DNA of 64,000 nucleotides from Oscillospiraceae bacterium (GTDB taxonomy: Bacteria > Bacillota > Clostridia > Oscillospirales > Ruminococcaceae). The stretch covers positions 82 through 64,081 of the forward strand of contig JAAYNJ010000004.1 of the NCBI GenBank assembly GCA_012520915.1, given 5' to 3'. Positions 27,556-37,471 of this stretch are shown here, piece by piece (within the stretch, counting starts at the first letter, position 1; every line of letters starts with the position of its first letter). The notes beneath the pieces are model-generated. The model did not search any database and was not told the DNA's origin. It saw only the letters and a list, made by a program, of their open reading frames with translations. Made by a program: the position numbers and the translations under genes.

Positions 27556-28677
27556 ATGGGTAAAAAACGCAGAATTGCAATTTTGGGCTGTGGCGGAATG
27601 GGAAGCGGTCACGCTCTGGCAATAGGTGGAAAAGGCGGTTACACTACTGACTTCCTTACTTATAATGCATATGGCACCGGTCAGATAGAAATCACAGAGC
27701 TGGACAAAAAACTTGAGCTTGCCGGCATATATGATATTGATGACGAGCGTATGGAATGGGTTAAGGAAATGGGGTGGCATTGCTATAAAGATTATGATGA
27801 CATGTTGGCTGACCCTACAGTAGATATAGTCTTGATTTGTGTACCCAACGATATCCATCACGACCTAAGCATAAAAGCCATGCGTGCAGGAAAACATATT
27901 CTCTGCGAAAAACCGGTAATGATGACATCTGCAGAGTTGGAAAACGTTATAAAAGTTTCGAAGGAAACAGGAATGGTATTTTATCCCAGACATAACAGGC
28001 GTTGGGACATGGATTATTTAATGATTAAAAAAATCTACGACGAAGGTCTTATTGGAAATGTTTTCAATGTCGAAACCAGATATATGGGATCCAGAGGCAT
28101 ACCGGGGGATTGGAGAGCCAAAAAAGAATTTGGCGGCGGTATGATGCTCGACTGGGGAGTTCATTTGTTAGACAGAATATTAATGATGATTCCCGAAAAA
28201 ATAAAATCGGTATACTGCCAATTAACCCACATTACAAACGATGAGTGTGATGACGGATTTAAGGTTTTACTAACGTTCGAAAGTGGCATTACAGCCCTCG
28301 TAGAAGTGGGAACATGTAATTTCCTTTCTCTCCCGTTTTGGTATATATGTGGAGACAAAGGGACAGCGTACATAAATGACTTTCGGTGCGAAGGCAGAAT
28401 GATGCTTCTTAAAGAATGGTATGAAGAAGGCGTAAAGCCCGTATTAGCCGGTGAAGGTCTGACAAAAACAATGGCTCCAAGAGATGATAAGACAATTGAG
28501 GAAGTTCCTCTGCCTGAAGTTGTCGTCGATCGAAATGCCCTTTACGCTAACCTAGTGGACACAATCAACGGAGAAGCAGAGCAAATAGTCACTGCGGAAG
28601 AGGCTCTGCGGGTTTTAAGACTGATGGAGGCGTGTTTTGAGTCCGACCGTTTAAACAATACTGTTGCATTTGAATGA
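27556..28677 (+). CDS. Gfo/Idh/MocA family NAD(P)-dependent oxidoreductase
   Basis: IAILGCGGMG and ILCEKP motifs. 373 aa. Confidence 0.9.
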   Translation: MGKKRRIAILGCGGMGSGHALAIGGKGGYTTDFLTYNAYGTGQIEITELDKKLELAGIYDIDDERMEWVKEMGWHCYKDYDDMLADPTVDIVLICVPNDIHHDLSIKAMRAGKHILCEKPVMMTSAELENVIKVSKETGMVFYPRHNRRWDMDYLMIKKIYDEGLIGNVFNVETRYMGSRGIPGDWRAKKEFGGGMMLDWGVHLLDRILMMIPEKIKSVYCQLTHITNDECDDGFKVLLTFESGITALVEVGTCNFLSLPFWYICGDKGTAYINDFRCEGRMMLLKEWYEEGVKPVLAGEGLTKTMAPRDDKTIEEVPLPEVVVDRNALYANLVDTINGEAEQIVTAEEALRVLRLMEACFESDRLNNTVAFE

Positions 28678-28716
28678 TTTTAGCTGTAGCCGTCCTGAAT
28701 TATTAGAGAATAGTAC

Positions 28717-28752
28717 CTGGGTCATTATACTGAATGACCCAGAGTGCTTTTT
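28717..28752 (+). terminator. intrinsic terminator ending the sugar operon
   Basis: 10-bp stem CTGGGTCATT / AATGACCCAG with a 6-nt loop, followed by GTGCTTTTT. Confidence 0.75.
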
Positions 28753-28909
28753 GTAAAAATCAATAATTGTGTTCACTTTTTTGAATCATTAGCACGCCAA
28801 CTGCCATAATGTCTTGATTTGCCTTTGGCGAAAACATGCTTATTCACATGAAAGTCAAAATTTAAAATAGCGAATAATTGAATTGAATGATTTATTAATG
28901 AGGTTAACT

Positions 28910-29641
28910 ATGCCATTAGAAAAAATCGGGATTATAGAGACAAAAGAATCTATAGTTTATCTTCGTTATGAGGTAGTAAGGATAAATGAAAGACTGTATG
29001 CAGGTGCCGATGCATTTTCTTGGCCTTCCAATAGTCAAGATCTTCGCGCTTTAGAGTGCCTTGAGATACCCGGTGAATGGCAATGGGTTGAAAGATATAT
29101 TGAAGCAGAACCGGATTACGGGGAAGATAAGAAAAATCTTAAAGGTAAATACAATGTTGTTAGGGGTGCAGAGGCGAAAAATAAGATGCTTCAAATCCTT
29201 TCTCGTCACGAAGTAGGGGTACTCAGCTTAATAGACAATGATAGACCTTATGCAATCCCGATTAATCATGTGTACAAAGATGGTAAGTTGTACCTGCACT
29301 CCGGTAAAAAGGGAAAGAAAATCCAGCTGGTTAAAAGAAATGTGGGTGCATGTTATACGATATTCGGCTTGGCAAATAGTGAGATTAAAAACGTTCGTTC
29401 GTGCCATTTGGACTATGAAAGCATACTTTTTAAAGGAAACGTATATGTTGAAAAAGGTGATGTAGAAAAGGAAAGGGCGTTAAAAGCAATTACTAAACAG
29501 TATGGAACACCATATCAACACGGGTTTTCAGACATGATAGAAATAATTGTGTTTGAAGTTGAAACTATGACCGCTCGGGATCAGAGGTTTAAGCCGGACA
29601 AAAATAGAAATCTATATTTCTATAATTTTTTATCTGATTAA
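28910..29641 (+). CDS. pyridoxamine 5'-phosphate oxidase-like (flavin-binding split barrel) protein with an N-terminal extension
   Basis: The C-terminal half (LSRHEVGVLSLIDNDRPYAIPINHVYKDGKLYLHSGKKGKK) fits the Pyridox_ox_2 type. Start placed at ATG 28910 after GAGG. The track start at 28883 is a TTG. Confidence 0.7.
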   Translation: MPLEKIGIIETKESIVYLRYEVVRINERLYAGADAFSWPSNSQDLRALECLEIPGEWQWVERYIEAEPDYGEDKKNLKGKYNVVRGAEAKNKMLQILSRHEVGVLSLIDNDRPYAIPINHVYKDGKLYLHSGKKGKKIQLVKRNVGACYTIFGLANSEIKNVRSCHLDYESILFKGNVYVEKGDVEKERALKAITKQYGTPYQHGFSDMIEIIVFEVETMTARDQRFKPDKNRNLYFYNFLSD

Positions 29642-29768
29642 GAAAAATAGTTTTCGTAAAACTCTAAGTATCTATTTTATATTCAACTAAATCCGGAAAA
29701 AGAAATTTTTATAGGCGTAAATGTTGTCAAAACAATATCCGTTTTTTTAGATGTGAAGGAGTTGAAAA

Positions 29769-30407
29769 GTGGAAGAAGAAAAAATTAAGGCAGGCGTACT
29801 ATTTGATCCGGGCAATCCGAAACTTAAAGCACTTAAATTAAAGACGCATAATTTGAATGTAGACTATAACAACACTTATGAAAATGAAACTGAAAAACGC
29901 AATTTAATCTTATCGAAAATACTTGGATCGTATGGCGAAGGTCTCTTTATACAAGGACCGATTGCCTTTCACTACGGAATACATACTAAAATCGGAAAAA
30001 ACTTTTTTGCCAATTTTAATTTGACTATTCAAGACGATGCAGAAGTAACAATTGGAGACAATTGTAATTTTGGTCCAAATGTCACGATAGTTACACCTCT
30101 TCATCCTATGGTTGCAAAGGAACGCCTGGAAATTCTGACTTCATATGGTGAGGTAAAGCGTCTCTGCTATGCAAAACCGGTAAAAATTGGAAATGATTGT
30201 TGGATTGGAGCATCTGTCACTATTTGTCCCGGTGTTACTATCGGAGATGGTTGTGTAATCGGTGCGGGAAGTGTCGTGGTGAAAAACATACCGCCAAATA
30301 CTTTTGCTGCAGGTGTACCATGCAAAGTAATTCGTGAAATTACTCAGGCAGATAGTATTGCAAATTTCCCGGAAATACTTGCCGATAATAGCATTATTGA
30401 GGAGTAG
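29769..30407 (+). CDS. maltose/galactoside O-acetyltransferase family (left-handed beta-helix)
   Basis: Mac-type N-terminus (GVLFDPGNPKL) and hexapeptide repeats (IGDNCNFGPNVTI..., IGDGCVIGAGSVV). GTG start after GAAGGAG. Confidence 0.85.
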   Translation: MEEEKIKAGVLFDPGNPKLKALKLKTHNLNVDYNNTYENETEKRNLILSKILGSYGEGLFIQGPIAFHYGIHTKIGKNFFANFNLTIQDDAEVTIGDNCNFGPNVTIVTPLHPMVAKERLEILTSYGEVKRLCYAKPVKIGNDCWIGASVTICPGVTIGDGCVIGAGSVVVKNIPPNTFAAGVPCKVIREITQADSIANFPEILADNSIIEE

Positions 30408-30487
30408 TTGGTTGCCGAAAAAGTATCAAAAGGCGGATAGAATATGTTTGAGATAAATTATATTCCATAAAAAATTATACGAAGTTT

Positions 30488-31948
30488 GTGTCAATTTTAC
30501 AGAAAATAAAAGGTGCTAATTTGACTGAGACAAGTTCGAAGAAGAATGCTTCAATGAATTCAAAAGTGAACTTACCGGAGCGAATTCCGAACGAGCCGTT
30601 TTTCTGCAGAGATAAAGGATTTTACGACACACTCTTTAAGATGATGATTGTACTTATTTTACAAAACATCATCACTTACAGTGTTAATGTTGCTGACAAT
30701 GTTATGTTGGGTTCATATAGCCAGGATGCACTTGCTGGTGCTGCAGCGGTCAATCAGTTACAGTATATACTGCAACAAGTCATAGTAGCAGGCATTGGTG
30801 AGGGTCTGGTTGTACTTGCAAGTCAGTATTGGGGGCTAAAGAATACTGAAAAAGTTCAAAACATTTTTGGAGCAGCTTTGTGTATCGGTTTGGCTGTCGG
30901 TTTGATTCTAACAACTGTTGCGTTTTTATCTCCCATCTCGCTTATACGAATATTTACCAATGATGTTGTTGTCCAACATCAGGCGATTGAATATTTGTCA
31001 TTGATGCGCTATACATACCTGATATTTATAGTTTCTAATTTATTATATGCGACACTCCGCAGCGTGCAGGTTGTAGGCATAGCATTCAAAATTTCCTGTG
31101 CTACGTTGTTCGTCAATGTCTTCATTAACTATATCCTGATTTACGGTAAATTCGGGGCACCAGAATTGGGAATAAAGGGAGCAGCGATTGGGACGCTCAC
31201 AGCGCGAATAGTCGAATTAGCAATAATTCTGATTTATTGCAGAAAAAAAGGACTACCTGTAAAGTTCAGGATAAAAGAGATGCTGGGTTTCGATAAAAAA
31301 CTATTAAGCGATTTTATCGATGTCAGCATTCCGTGTGTAGTGTCTGCGCTTCTATTTAGCTGTGCAGTCGCCGCTCAGACAGCAATTTTTGGGCACATAT
31401 CTTCCAGTGCAATGGCAGCCTCCAGTGCAGCAGGCACTCTATTTCAATATTTCAAAATGGTGTCGATAAGTGTAGCATCTGCTACAAGCGTTTTAATAGG
31501 CAAAACAATCGGAAGCGGAGAACTGACAAAGCTTCGTTCCTATGTTAGAACTCTACAAGTATTATTTATTGCATTTGGTGTTTTAACGTTCGGGCTTTTG
31601 ATGGCAATTAGAATTCCTGTGCTTAGTTTTTACAGTCTTTCACATGAAGCGAGAATATTTGCAATGCAGATGACAATCATTCAGGCATTTATTCTGATTG
31701 CCACCTCTTACCAAATGCCGTGTCAGGTTGGAATTATTCGCGGCGGCGGAGACACGAAATGGGTTATGATTAGCGATTTGATCTACAGTTGGGCGTTTAC
31801 CGTTCCGTTTAGCTTGCTGGCTGCTTTTGTTTTTAAATGGTCCTTTGCAGCTGTTGTTATATGCTTGAACATAGACCAGGTAATAAAATGCGCCACCGTA
31901 GGATATAAAGTGAATAGTTATACATGGGTAAAGAAATTGGCAAAGTGA
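30488..31948 (+). CDS. MATE family efflux transporter
   Basis: 12-TM organisation with NorM/DinF-like sequence. The start is uncertain: GTG 30488 or ATG 30554. Confidence 0.8.
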   Translation: MSILQKIKGANLTETSSKKNASMNSKVNLPERIPNEPFFCRDKGFYDTLFKMMIVLILQNIITYSVNVADNVMLGSYSQDALAGAAAVNQLQYILQQVIVAGIGEGLVVLASQYWGLKNTEKVQNIFGAALCIGLAVGLILTTVAFLSPISLIRIFTNDVVVQHQAIEYLSLMRYTYLIFIVSNLLYATLRSVQVVGIAFKISCATLFVNVFINYILIYGKFGAPELGIKGAAIGTLTARIVELAIILIYCRKKGLPVKFRIKEMLGFDKKLLSDFIDVSIPCVVSALLFSCAVAAQTAIFGHISSSAMAASSAAGTLFQYFKMVSISVASATSVLIGKTIGSGELTKLRSYVRTLQVLFIAFGVLTFGLLMAIRIPVLSFYSLSHEARIFAMQMTIIQAFILIATSYQMPCQVGIIRGGGDTKWVMISDLIYSWAFTVPFSLLAAFVFKWSFAAVVICLNIDQVIKCATVGYKVNSYTWVKKLAK

Positions 31949-32022
31949 TTATTGTTAACACTAAAACAAATAATTGATAAGAGTACGAAAAAACTTTAAT
32001 AATAAGATTGGAGGTTGTTCAA

Positions 32023-32853
32023 ATGAAAAAGCTGCCTGTTGGACTACAAATATACGGTCTTCGCGATTTGTTGGAGAATACTCCCGACAATTTTGAAGCT
32101 GTAATGAGAGAAGTCAAGGAGATGGGTTACGACGGTGTTGAACTGGCGGGACTCTATGATCTTAAAGCGGAGTATGTAAGAGATATCTTAACGGAAATCG
32201 GACTCATACCTATCAGCGCCCATGTACCGCTTGTAGATTTGATGGAAGACGCACAGGGAGTGGCGGACACCTATAAAATAATCGGTTGTAAATTTATCGT
32301 TGTTCCATACCTACCGGAAGAATATCGTCATAACACGCCCGGATACAATAAGGTTATTTCGGAAATGAAGAAGATCGGAGCGGTTATGTTTGATAACGGA
32401 CTGAAGCTTCTCTATCACAACCACGATTTTGAATTTGTTACTTTACCTGACGGGAGATTCGGTTTTGACGATATTTATGAGCAGATACCTTCCGACTATC
32501 TGATGGTTGAGTTGGATACCTGCTGGACGAAAGTAGCAGGACAGAATCCGGCGGCATATATTGAAAAATATGGGACTCGTTGTGAGATAGTTCATTTAAA
32601 AGATTTTATACTCGAAGGTAAACCTAAAAATCTATATAAACTGATTGGAATAGAAACCGAGGAAGCCGAGAATGACACAGGTCTTTTTGAATTCCGTCCT
32701 GTCGGGTTCGGCCAAATGGTCTGGGATAAAATTCTTGATGCATCGCTAAAATATTCAAAGTGGGTTATTGTAGAACAAGATGAGCACTACGGGCTGGGGG
32801 CATTGAAAGCGGCGCGAATGAGTCGGGAATATTTAAAAATACTGGGTTGGTAA
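32023..32853 (+). CDS. xylose isomerase-like TIM barrel protein (fourth family member in the window)
   Basis: LQIYGLRD, YHNHDFEF, ELDTCW and VEQD motifs. Start at ATG 32023 after GGAGG. The track start at 32008 is a TTG. Confidence 0.85.
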   Translation: MKKLPVGLQIYGLRDLLENTPDNFEAVMREVKEMGYDGVELAGLYDLKAEYVRDILTEIGLIPISAHVPLVDLMEDAQGVADTYKIIGCKFIVVPYLPEEYRHNTPGYNKVISEMKKIGAVMFDNGLKLLYHNHDFEFVTLPDGRFGFDDIYEQIPSDYLMVELDTCWTKVAGQNPAAYIEKYGTRCEIVHLKDFILEGKPKNLYKLIGIETEEAENDTGLFEFRPVGFGQMVWDKILDASLKYSKWVIVEQDEHYGLGALKAARMSREYLKILGW

Positions 32854-33029
32854 AAGACTCGGTAAACGGTATGTGCTTTTTGTTTAAAAATCGGGAAAAA
32901 CGGAGAATGAGAAGCTTCTCTTTCTCCGAAACCTGAATTATTGGATAATAGACTGTCGTTTTGCAGATGTTTAGTTAATAAGGCATTCGTACATGAAATA
33001 AATATTTTGAATATGGGGAGGGAAATCAA

Positions 33030-33422
33030 ATGAGCAAAATTAAGGGTGTCCATCATATTTGTTTGAAACCGGAAAAAGAACTGTATAAAAAAACAGTGGA
33101 TTTCTATATGCAGGTACTGGGTTGTCCTGAAGTTCGCTCGTGGGGAGAGGGAGAAAATGCCGGGTGTATGCTCAGTTGCGGTGATAATACCGTCATGGAA
33201 ATACTACACGGAGATTCCGGAGTAAAATACGGAAACGGTCCCATTGAACATATTGCTTTCTCAGTTGACGATATAGCGGAAATTGTGGAAGATGTGCGAA
33301 ATGCAGGTTATCAGATTCTTATTGAGCCTAAAGAGGTTAATATCGGTGGAAATTATAAGGTTGAAATTGCCTTTTGTTTAGGACCGCTTGGGGAGACTAT
33401 TGAGTTTTTTAAAGAGTTGTAG
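33030..33422 (+). CDS. VOC (glyoxalase/bleomycin resistance/dioxygenase) family protein
   Basis: 130 aa. HHICL near the N-terminus and a later HIAF metal-ligand pattern. Confidence 0.75.
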   Translation: MSKIKGVHHICLKPEKELYKKTVDFYMQVLGCPEVRSWGEGENAGCMLSCGDNTVMEILHGDSGVKYGNGPIEHIAFSVDDIAEIVEDVRNAGYQILIEPKEVNIGGNYKVEIAFCLGPLGETIEFFKEL

Positions 33423-33539
33423 TAACACAAAGATCAGCTTCGTCACGATAATCTAAAATTAAACTGACAACACCTTTCAATCAAGATATTTTTTAGAAAA
33501 GACTGCATTGACGAAGTCAAACGATTTGGAGGAGGTTTA

Positions 33540-34847
33540 ATGGGAAATAATCTAAGCAATTTTCTGCGTGTTAACGGAATGCATTATGACAGTATTGACC
33601 TTGATATTGAACGCAAAAAGCTTGTTAATGCAATGCGGGAGGGTTTATATGGACAGCCGTCTTCTTTGTTGATGATTCCTGCATTTATTACCGTCGACAA
33701 CGAAATAGAAGAAGAGAAAGAAGTAATGGTGATTGATGCGGGAGGAACCAACTTTCGTGTTGCAACAGCAAAAAAACTTTCTGATGGCAATATTTTAATC
33801 GATAATTTTAAGAAATATCCAATGCCCGGTACTAACGGACAAATATCTATTGATGAATTTTTTGAAAAAGTTGTTGATTATATCGAGCCTATTCTCGAAA
33901 AAACCGATTCCATAAGCGCAGGTTTTTGTTTTTCATATCCTGTTGAGATTCTGCCAAGTGGGGACGGGCAGCTTATTTCATTCAGCAAAGAAGTTGATAT
34001 CGTGGGTGTAAATAAACAATTAATTGGAGCCGGTATAAATCAAGTGCTTGAATCGCGTGGAAAAAGAAGACTTGATTTTGTAATACTAAACGATACAGTT
34101 GCTGCGATGCTTAGCGGTATGCTTGGCGCTAAAATAGAATATGCAAGCTATATAGGGTATATCCTTGGAACAGGGACCAATACCTGCTATCTGGAGGAAT
34201 GCAAAAATATCATTAAGAATTCGGATGCTGTAGCGATGACCGGTCATATGGCAATTAACATGGAAAGCGGAATGTATGACGGATTCAAGCTCGGCAAATT
34301 CGATAAAGAGTTGGATGATGAGAGCCAAAACCCGGGTGATCATTTGATGGAAAAGATGATGGGTGGCGTCTACCAAGGTGTAGTAATATATAAAACAGTA
34401 AAATCTGCCGTTAATGAAGGATTCTTTTCAGCTGATTTTGCATCTGAATTTGCTAAATTGGATAGCTTCTCTATGATGCAAATAGACGATTTTTGTGCTA
34501 ACCGAAAGGGAGATAATGACTTAGCAAGAATGTGTAGGAATAATGAATCCGACCGAGAAAATTTGTTTGAGATTATCAACATCAGTTTTGAACGCTCCAG
34601 CCGAATAGCTGTCATACTGTTTGCGGCGGTTATTGAACAAATAGGAGAAGAGACAACTCCTTCGCGACCGGTTTGCATTACGGCGGAGGGAACAAACTTT
34701 ACGAAATCCGTACTATTTCGTCCGAAACTTGACCGTTATATCAAAGAGTATCTCAATGAAGAACTTGGATATTACTGTGAAATCGTCAGCTTTGACGATG
34801 CCACGCTAATAGGATCTGCTTGTGCTGCATTGCTTCGAAAAAACTGA
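33540..34847 (+). CDS. hexokinase-family sugar kinase (eukaryote-type hexokinase fold, not ROK)
   Basis: VIDAGGTNFRVA, ILNDTVAAML and GYILGTGTNTCY match the hexokinase_1/_2 signature blocks. Confidence 0.8.
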   Translation: MGNNLSNFLRVNGMHYDSIDLDIERKKLVNAMREGLYGQPSSLLMIPAFITVDNEIEEEKEVMVIDAGGTNFRVATAKKLSDGNILIDNFKKYPMPGTNGQISIDEFFEKVVDYIEPILEKTDSISAGFCFSYPVEILPSGDGQLISFSKEVDIVGVNKQLIGAGINQVLESRGKRRLDFVILNDTVAAMLSGMLGAKIEYASYIGYILGTGTNTCYLEECKNIIKNSDAVAMTGHMAINMESGMYDGFKLGKFDKELDDESQNPGDHLMEKMMGGVYQGVVIYKTVKSAVNEGFFSADFASEFAKLDSFSMMQIDDFCANRKGDNDLARMCRNNESDRENLFEIINISFERSSRIAVILFAAVIEQIGEETTPSRPVCITAEGTNFTKSVLFRPKLDRYIKEYLNEELGYYCEIVSFDDATLIGSACAALLRKN

Positions 34848-35032
34848 GAGAGAAAAATTAAGAATGCATCTTGTTTTCTACTTATGAAAACTTGTTTGAT
34901 AGAGAGCAGATGAACGTTGAACTGCAGATTATATATCGAACCCAAATGTATTAATATTGTTAGCTATACGGTTTGAGAACTGTTGAATAACGAGCTAAAA
35001 TAGCGGGTAATACATCAAACCAAATTTAACAT

Positions 35033-35063
35033 AAAGCCGGGAAACGGTTACTTTCCCGGCTTT
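35033..35063. terminator. bidirectional terminator between the hexokinase and DUF362 genes
   Basis: 12-bp stem AAAGCCGGGAAA / TTTCCCGGCTTT with a 7-nt loop. Confidence 0.8.
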
Positions 35064-35164
35064 ATGTTTCGAAATTTATTAAAATGTGTTTTATGATAAA
35101 AAGATAATACCTATTTCGTTATGCAAGTGCGATTATAAGATATATTTTTTGTCATAGTCAAAAC

Positions 35165-36250
35165 TTATATATTCCTAAGAAAATCGAGAATGGCGGAAGT
35201 TGAGGGCGGGCAGCCGCCGATATTTTTGCTTATGCCTGAGGTGCATTGTCCTACACCGATTCCTTCGCGCTTTACACCTTTAAAGCCCTGCCCGATAAAA
35301 ACGGGATTGTCCTTAAAGCGATGTAATAAATCCTCGTCATCAAGTCTTGACAAAGCCCGTATTAAATTGGCATAGCACGCCGAACAGGCATCTTTTGCAT
35401 TAGTAAACTGTGCAAGCCTTTGAACCTTTCGCGAGGGCGAGGGTTTTGCGATACTCTCGTCCCTGTTCAATACGACAATCTCCGCGTTATCGATATCCGA
35501 ACTTCCGACCCCTATATCGTTTGCGATGTTTATATATTCGACTTCATGCGGCTTATAACCTATGCTATCCGCCATATACGAATCGATTAAAACCGGGTCG
35601 GTACCGCAGAAGATGCGGTTCATCTGAACCGGGTTTCCGCCTTCCTCAAAATCGAGGTCTCCGCACATTCCGTCAACCAGAATAAAATTCTGCTTTATTA
35701 TCTTATTAAGATATGCTATCGGCTTGTGAAGACCGCGTGTATGAAATCTGCGCTTTTCCCTGTCGGAGATACAGCCCTTCATATTTTTCAGAGCACCCGT
35801 CACCAATGTCTGACAATGTCCCTTTAATACCGGTATATTGATAAGAAAGTCCAAAGATAGCACCTTATCGCTTGCTTCGATGTCCATACCGTTAAAATTT
35901 TTCACTGTATAGCTGTCCTGCTTTACATCAAAAAGCGGCACATTGTATTTTTCGGATATCTCCTCGTAACCGCATACTTTATAAGCTCTTTTTGTGCTGT
36001 CTCCGATCCACGAACTCTCCAAAATGACGATATCGTCATATCCCTGCTCTTTGAGGTATTCAATCAGCGCCGATACAATGACAGGGGAGGAGGTTGCCCC
36101 CGAATCTGCGGGCTTCGCGACCGCCAGGTTCGGCTTTATCCCGATAGAAGAACCCTTCGGAATGAGATTTCCCAATCCCGACTCCTTCAGAACATCCCGG
36201 GTCATTTTCCATATATCTTCACCATAGGTTATAACTATTCTGTTATCCAT
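35165..36250 (-). CDS. DUF362 domain protein
   Basis: IGIKPNLAVAKPADSGATSSP... and the overall 361-aa layout match the DUF362 family as I recall it. Confidence 0.7.
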   Translation of the reverse strand: MDNRIVITYGEDIWKMTRDVLKESGLGNLIPKGSSIGIKPNLAVAKPADSGATSSPVIVSALIEYLKEQGYDDIVILESSWIGDSTKRAYKVCGYEEISEKYNVPLFDVKQDSYTVKNFNGMDIEASDKVLSLDFLINIPVLKGHCQTLVTGALKNMKGCISDREKRRFHTRGLHKPIAYLNKIIKQNFILVDGMCGDLDFEEGGNPVQMNRIFCGTDPVLIDSYMADSIGYKPHEVEYINIANDIGVGSSDIDNAEIVVLNRDESIAKPSPSRKVQRLAQFTNAKDACSACYANLIRALSRLDDEDLLHRFKDNPVFIGQGFKGVKREGIGVGQCTSGISKNIGGCPPSTSAILDFLRNI

Positions 36251-36400
36251 TTAACTCCTCAATATGTAACTAAAAAGCTTTTCATATAAGACTTAAACTT
36301 TAAGTATTAATACCAAGTATATCATAAACACACTTCGCCAATAGGTTGCATCGTGTTAAAATGAAGAAAATAATGATTTATTAAATAAAGGAACTTAATA

Positions 36401-36934
36401 ATGAGACTTTTTATAGCCATAAACTTCAATACGAAAACACGCTCTCGTCTGCTCGGGCTGCGCGACGAATTGCGCGCCGTATCCGAAAAGGGACGTTTCA
36501 GCGCCCCCGAAAATCTTCATCTGACGCTTGTGTTTCTCGGGGAATGCGACGGGAAACAAACGACCGCAATAAAATCCGCAATGGATAAGGTCGAGTTCAG
36601 CCCGTTTGAAATCAACATCGGCAATATAGGCCGTTTTAAAAGAAACGGCGGAGACATTTGGTGGGCGGGTGTGAACGAAAGCAAGGAGTTGACAAAACTG
36701 CACCAAAAATTGACAAAAAAATTGACCGAATCCGGTTTCCGAACGGAAGAACGTAAATTCAGCCCGCATATTACGCTCGGAAGAGAGGTAATAACGAATA
36801 TTTCTCCACGAAAAATCGAAGAGTTCGGACAGACGGTCGATAAAATCGAGCTCATGAAATCGGAACGAATTGCAGGTAAACTGACATACACGGCGATATA
36901 CGAGAAAAACGCAGACAGAGATGTTAAAGAATGA
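36401..36934 (+). CDS. thpR: RNA 2',3'-cyclic phosphodiesterase (2H phosphoesterase, ThpR/LigT)
   Basis: Two H-x-T-x motifs (HLTLVFLG and HITLGR). 177 aa. Confidence 0.9.
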   Translation: MRLFIAINFNTKTRSRLLGLRDELRAVSEKGRFSAPENLHLTLVFLGECDGKQTTAIKSAMDKVEFSPFEINIGNIGRFKRNGGDIWWAGVNESKELTKLHQKLTKKLTESGFRTEERKFSPHITLGREVITNISPRKIEEFGQTVDKIELMKSERIAGKLTYTAIYEKNADRDVKE

Positions 36935-36946
36935 AAGAATAGATTA

Positions 36947-36976
36947 CAGCCGGGTGAAAAATCGCACCCGGCTGTT
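36947..36976 (+). terminator. hairpin downstream of thpR
   Basis: 10-bp stem CAGCCGGGTG / CACCCGGCTG with an 8-nt loop. The T tail is weak. Confidence 0.45.
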
Positions 36977-37045
36977 AAACCTTACTGACAGAAAATGAAC
37001 CGTCTTATTACATCTTTACAAGTCTGTTGTCAATGAATTGCACCG

Positions 37046-37240
37046 CTAATCGTCCAGTATAAAAAGCTCTTCTACGGTCGAATTGAAAAGTCTTGCCAGC
37101 TTCATCGCCAGTTCCAAGGTAGGATTGTATTTATTATTCTCAATGGCATTTATTGTCTGTCTTGTGACATTGAGGGTATTGGCTACATCTTCCTGCCTTA
37201 AACCGAGCTTTTTTCTCAATTCTCTAATATTATTCTTCAT
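37046..37240 (-). CDS. XRE-family HTH transcriptional regulator (64 aa)
   Basis: IRELRKKLGLRQEDVANTLNVTRQTINAIENNKYNPTLELAMKLARLF is a classical Cro/C1 HTH. Confidence 0.9.
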   Translation of the reverse strand: MKNNIRELRKKLGLRQEDVANTLNVTRQTINAIENNKYNPTLELAMKLARLFNSTVEELFILDD

Positions 37241-37457
37241 CCTTGCCCAACTTCCACTTCAGATACATTTGAGCAATCCAATACACCAGCGATTGCGACG
37301 TCATCAGGATAAAAGGCAGCCATTGAAATGATTTTGTTGTAATAAAATCATAACAAATCCATACCAGTAAAAATAAACCGGAATAGAGCCAAGAAAGTCG
37401 TATTGCTTTAACGGTAATGCTCATTTCCATTTCGTCCATTTTGCGAAAACCTTTCAT
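37230..37457 (-). CDS. small 2-TM membrane protein co-transcribed with the XRE regulator
   Basis: 75 aa. AGGAGG RBS. Overlaps the HTH gene by 11 nt. Confidence 0.65.
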   Translation of the reverse strand: MKGFRKMDEMEMSITVKAIRLSWLYSGLFLLVWICYDFITTKSFQWLPFILMTSQSLVYWIAQMYLKWKLGKDEE

Positions 37458-37471
37458 AATGAGATCCTCCT

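Noticed and set aside
32906-32933. A 14-bp near-perfect hairpin (CGGAGAATGAGAAG / CTTCTCTTTCTCCG) downstream of the fourth TIM-barrel gene.
   Set aside because: There is no U-tract on either strand, so I cannot support a terminator call. It may be a processing or stability element, or a coincidence.
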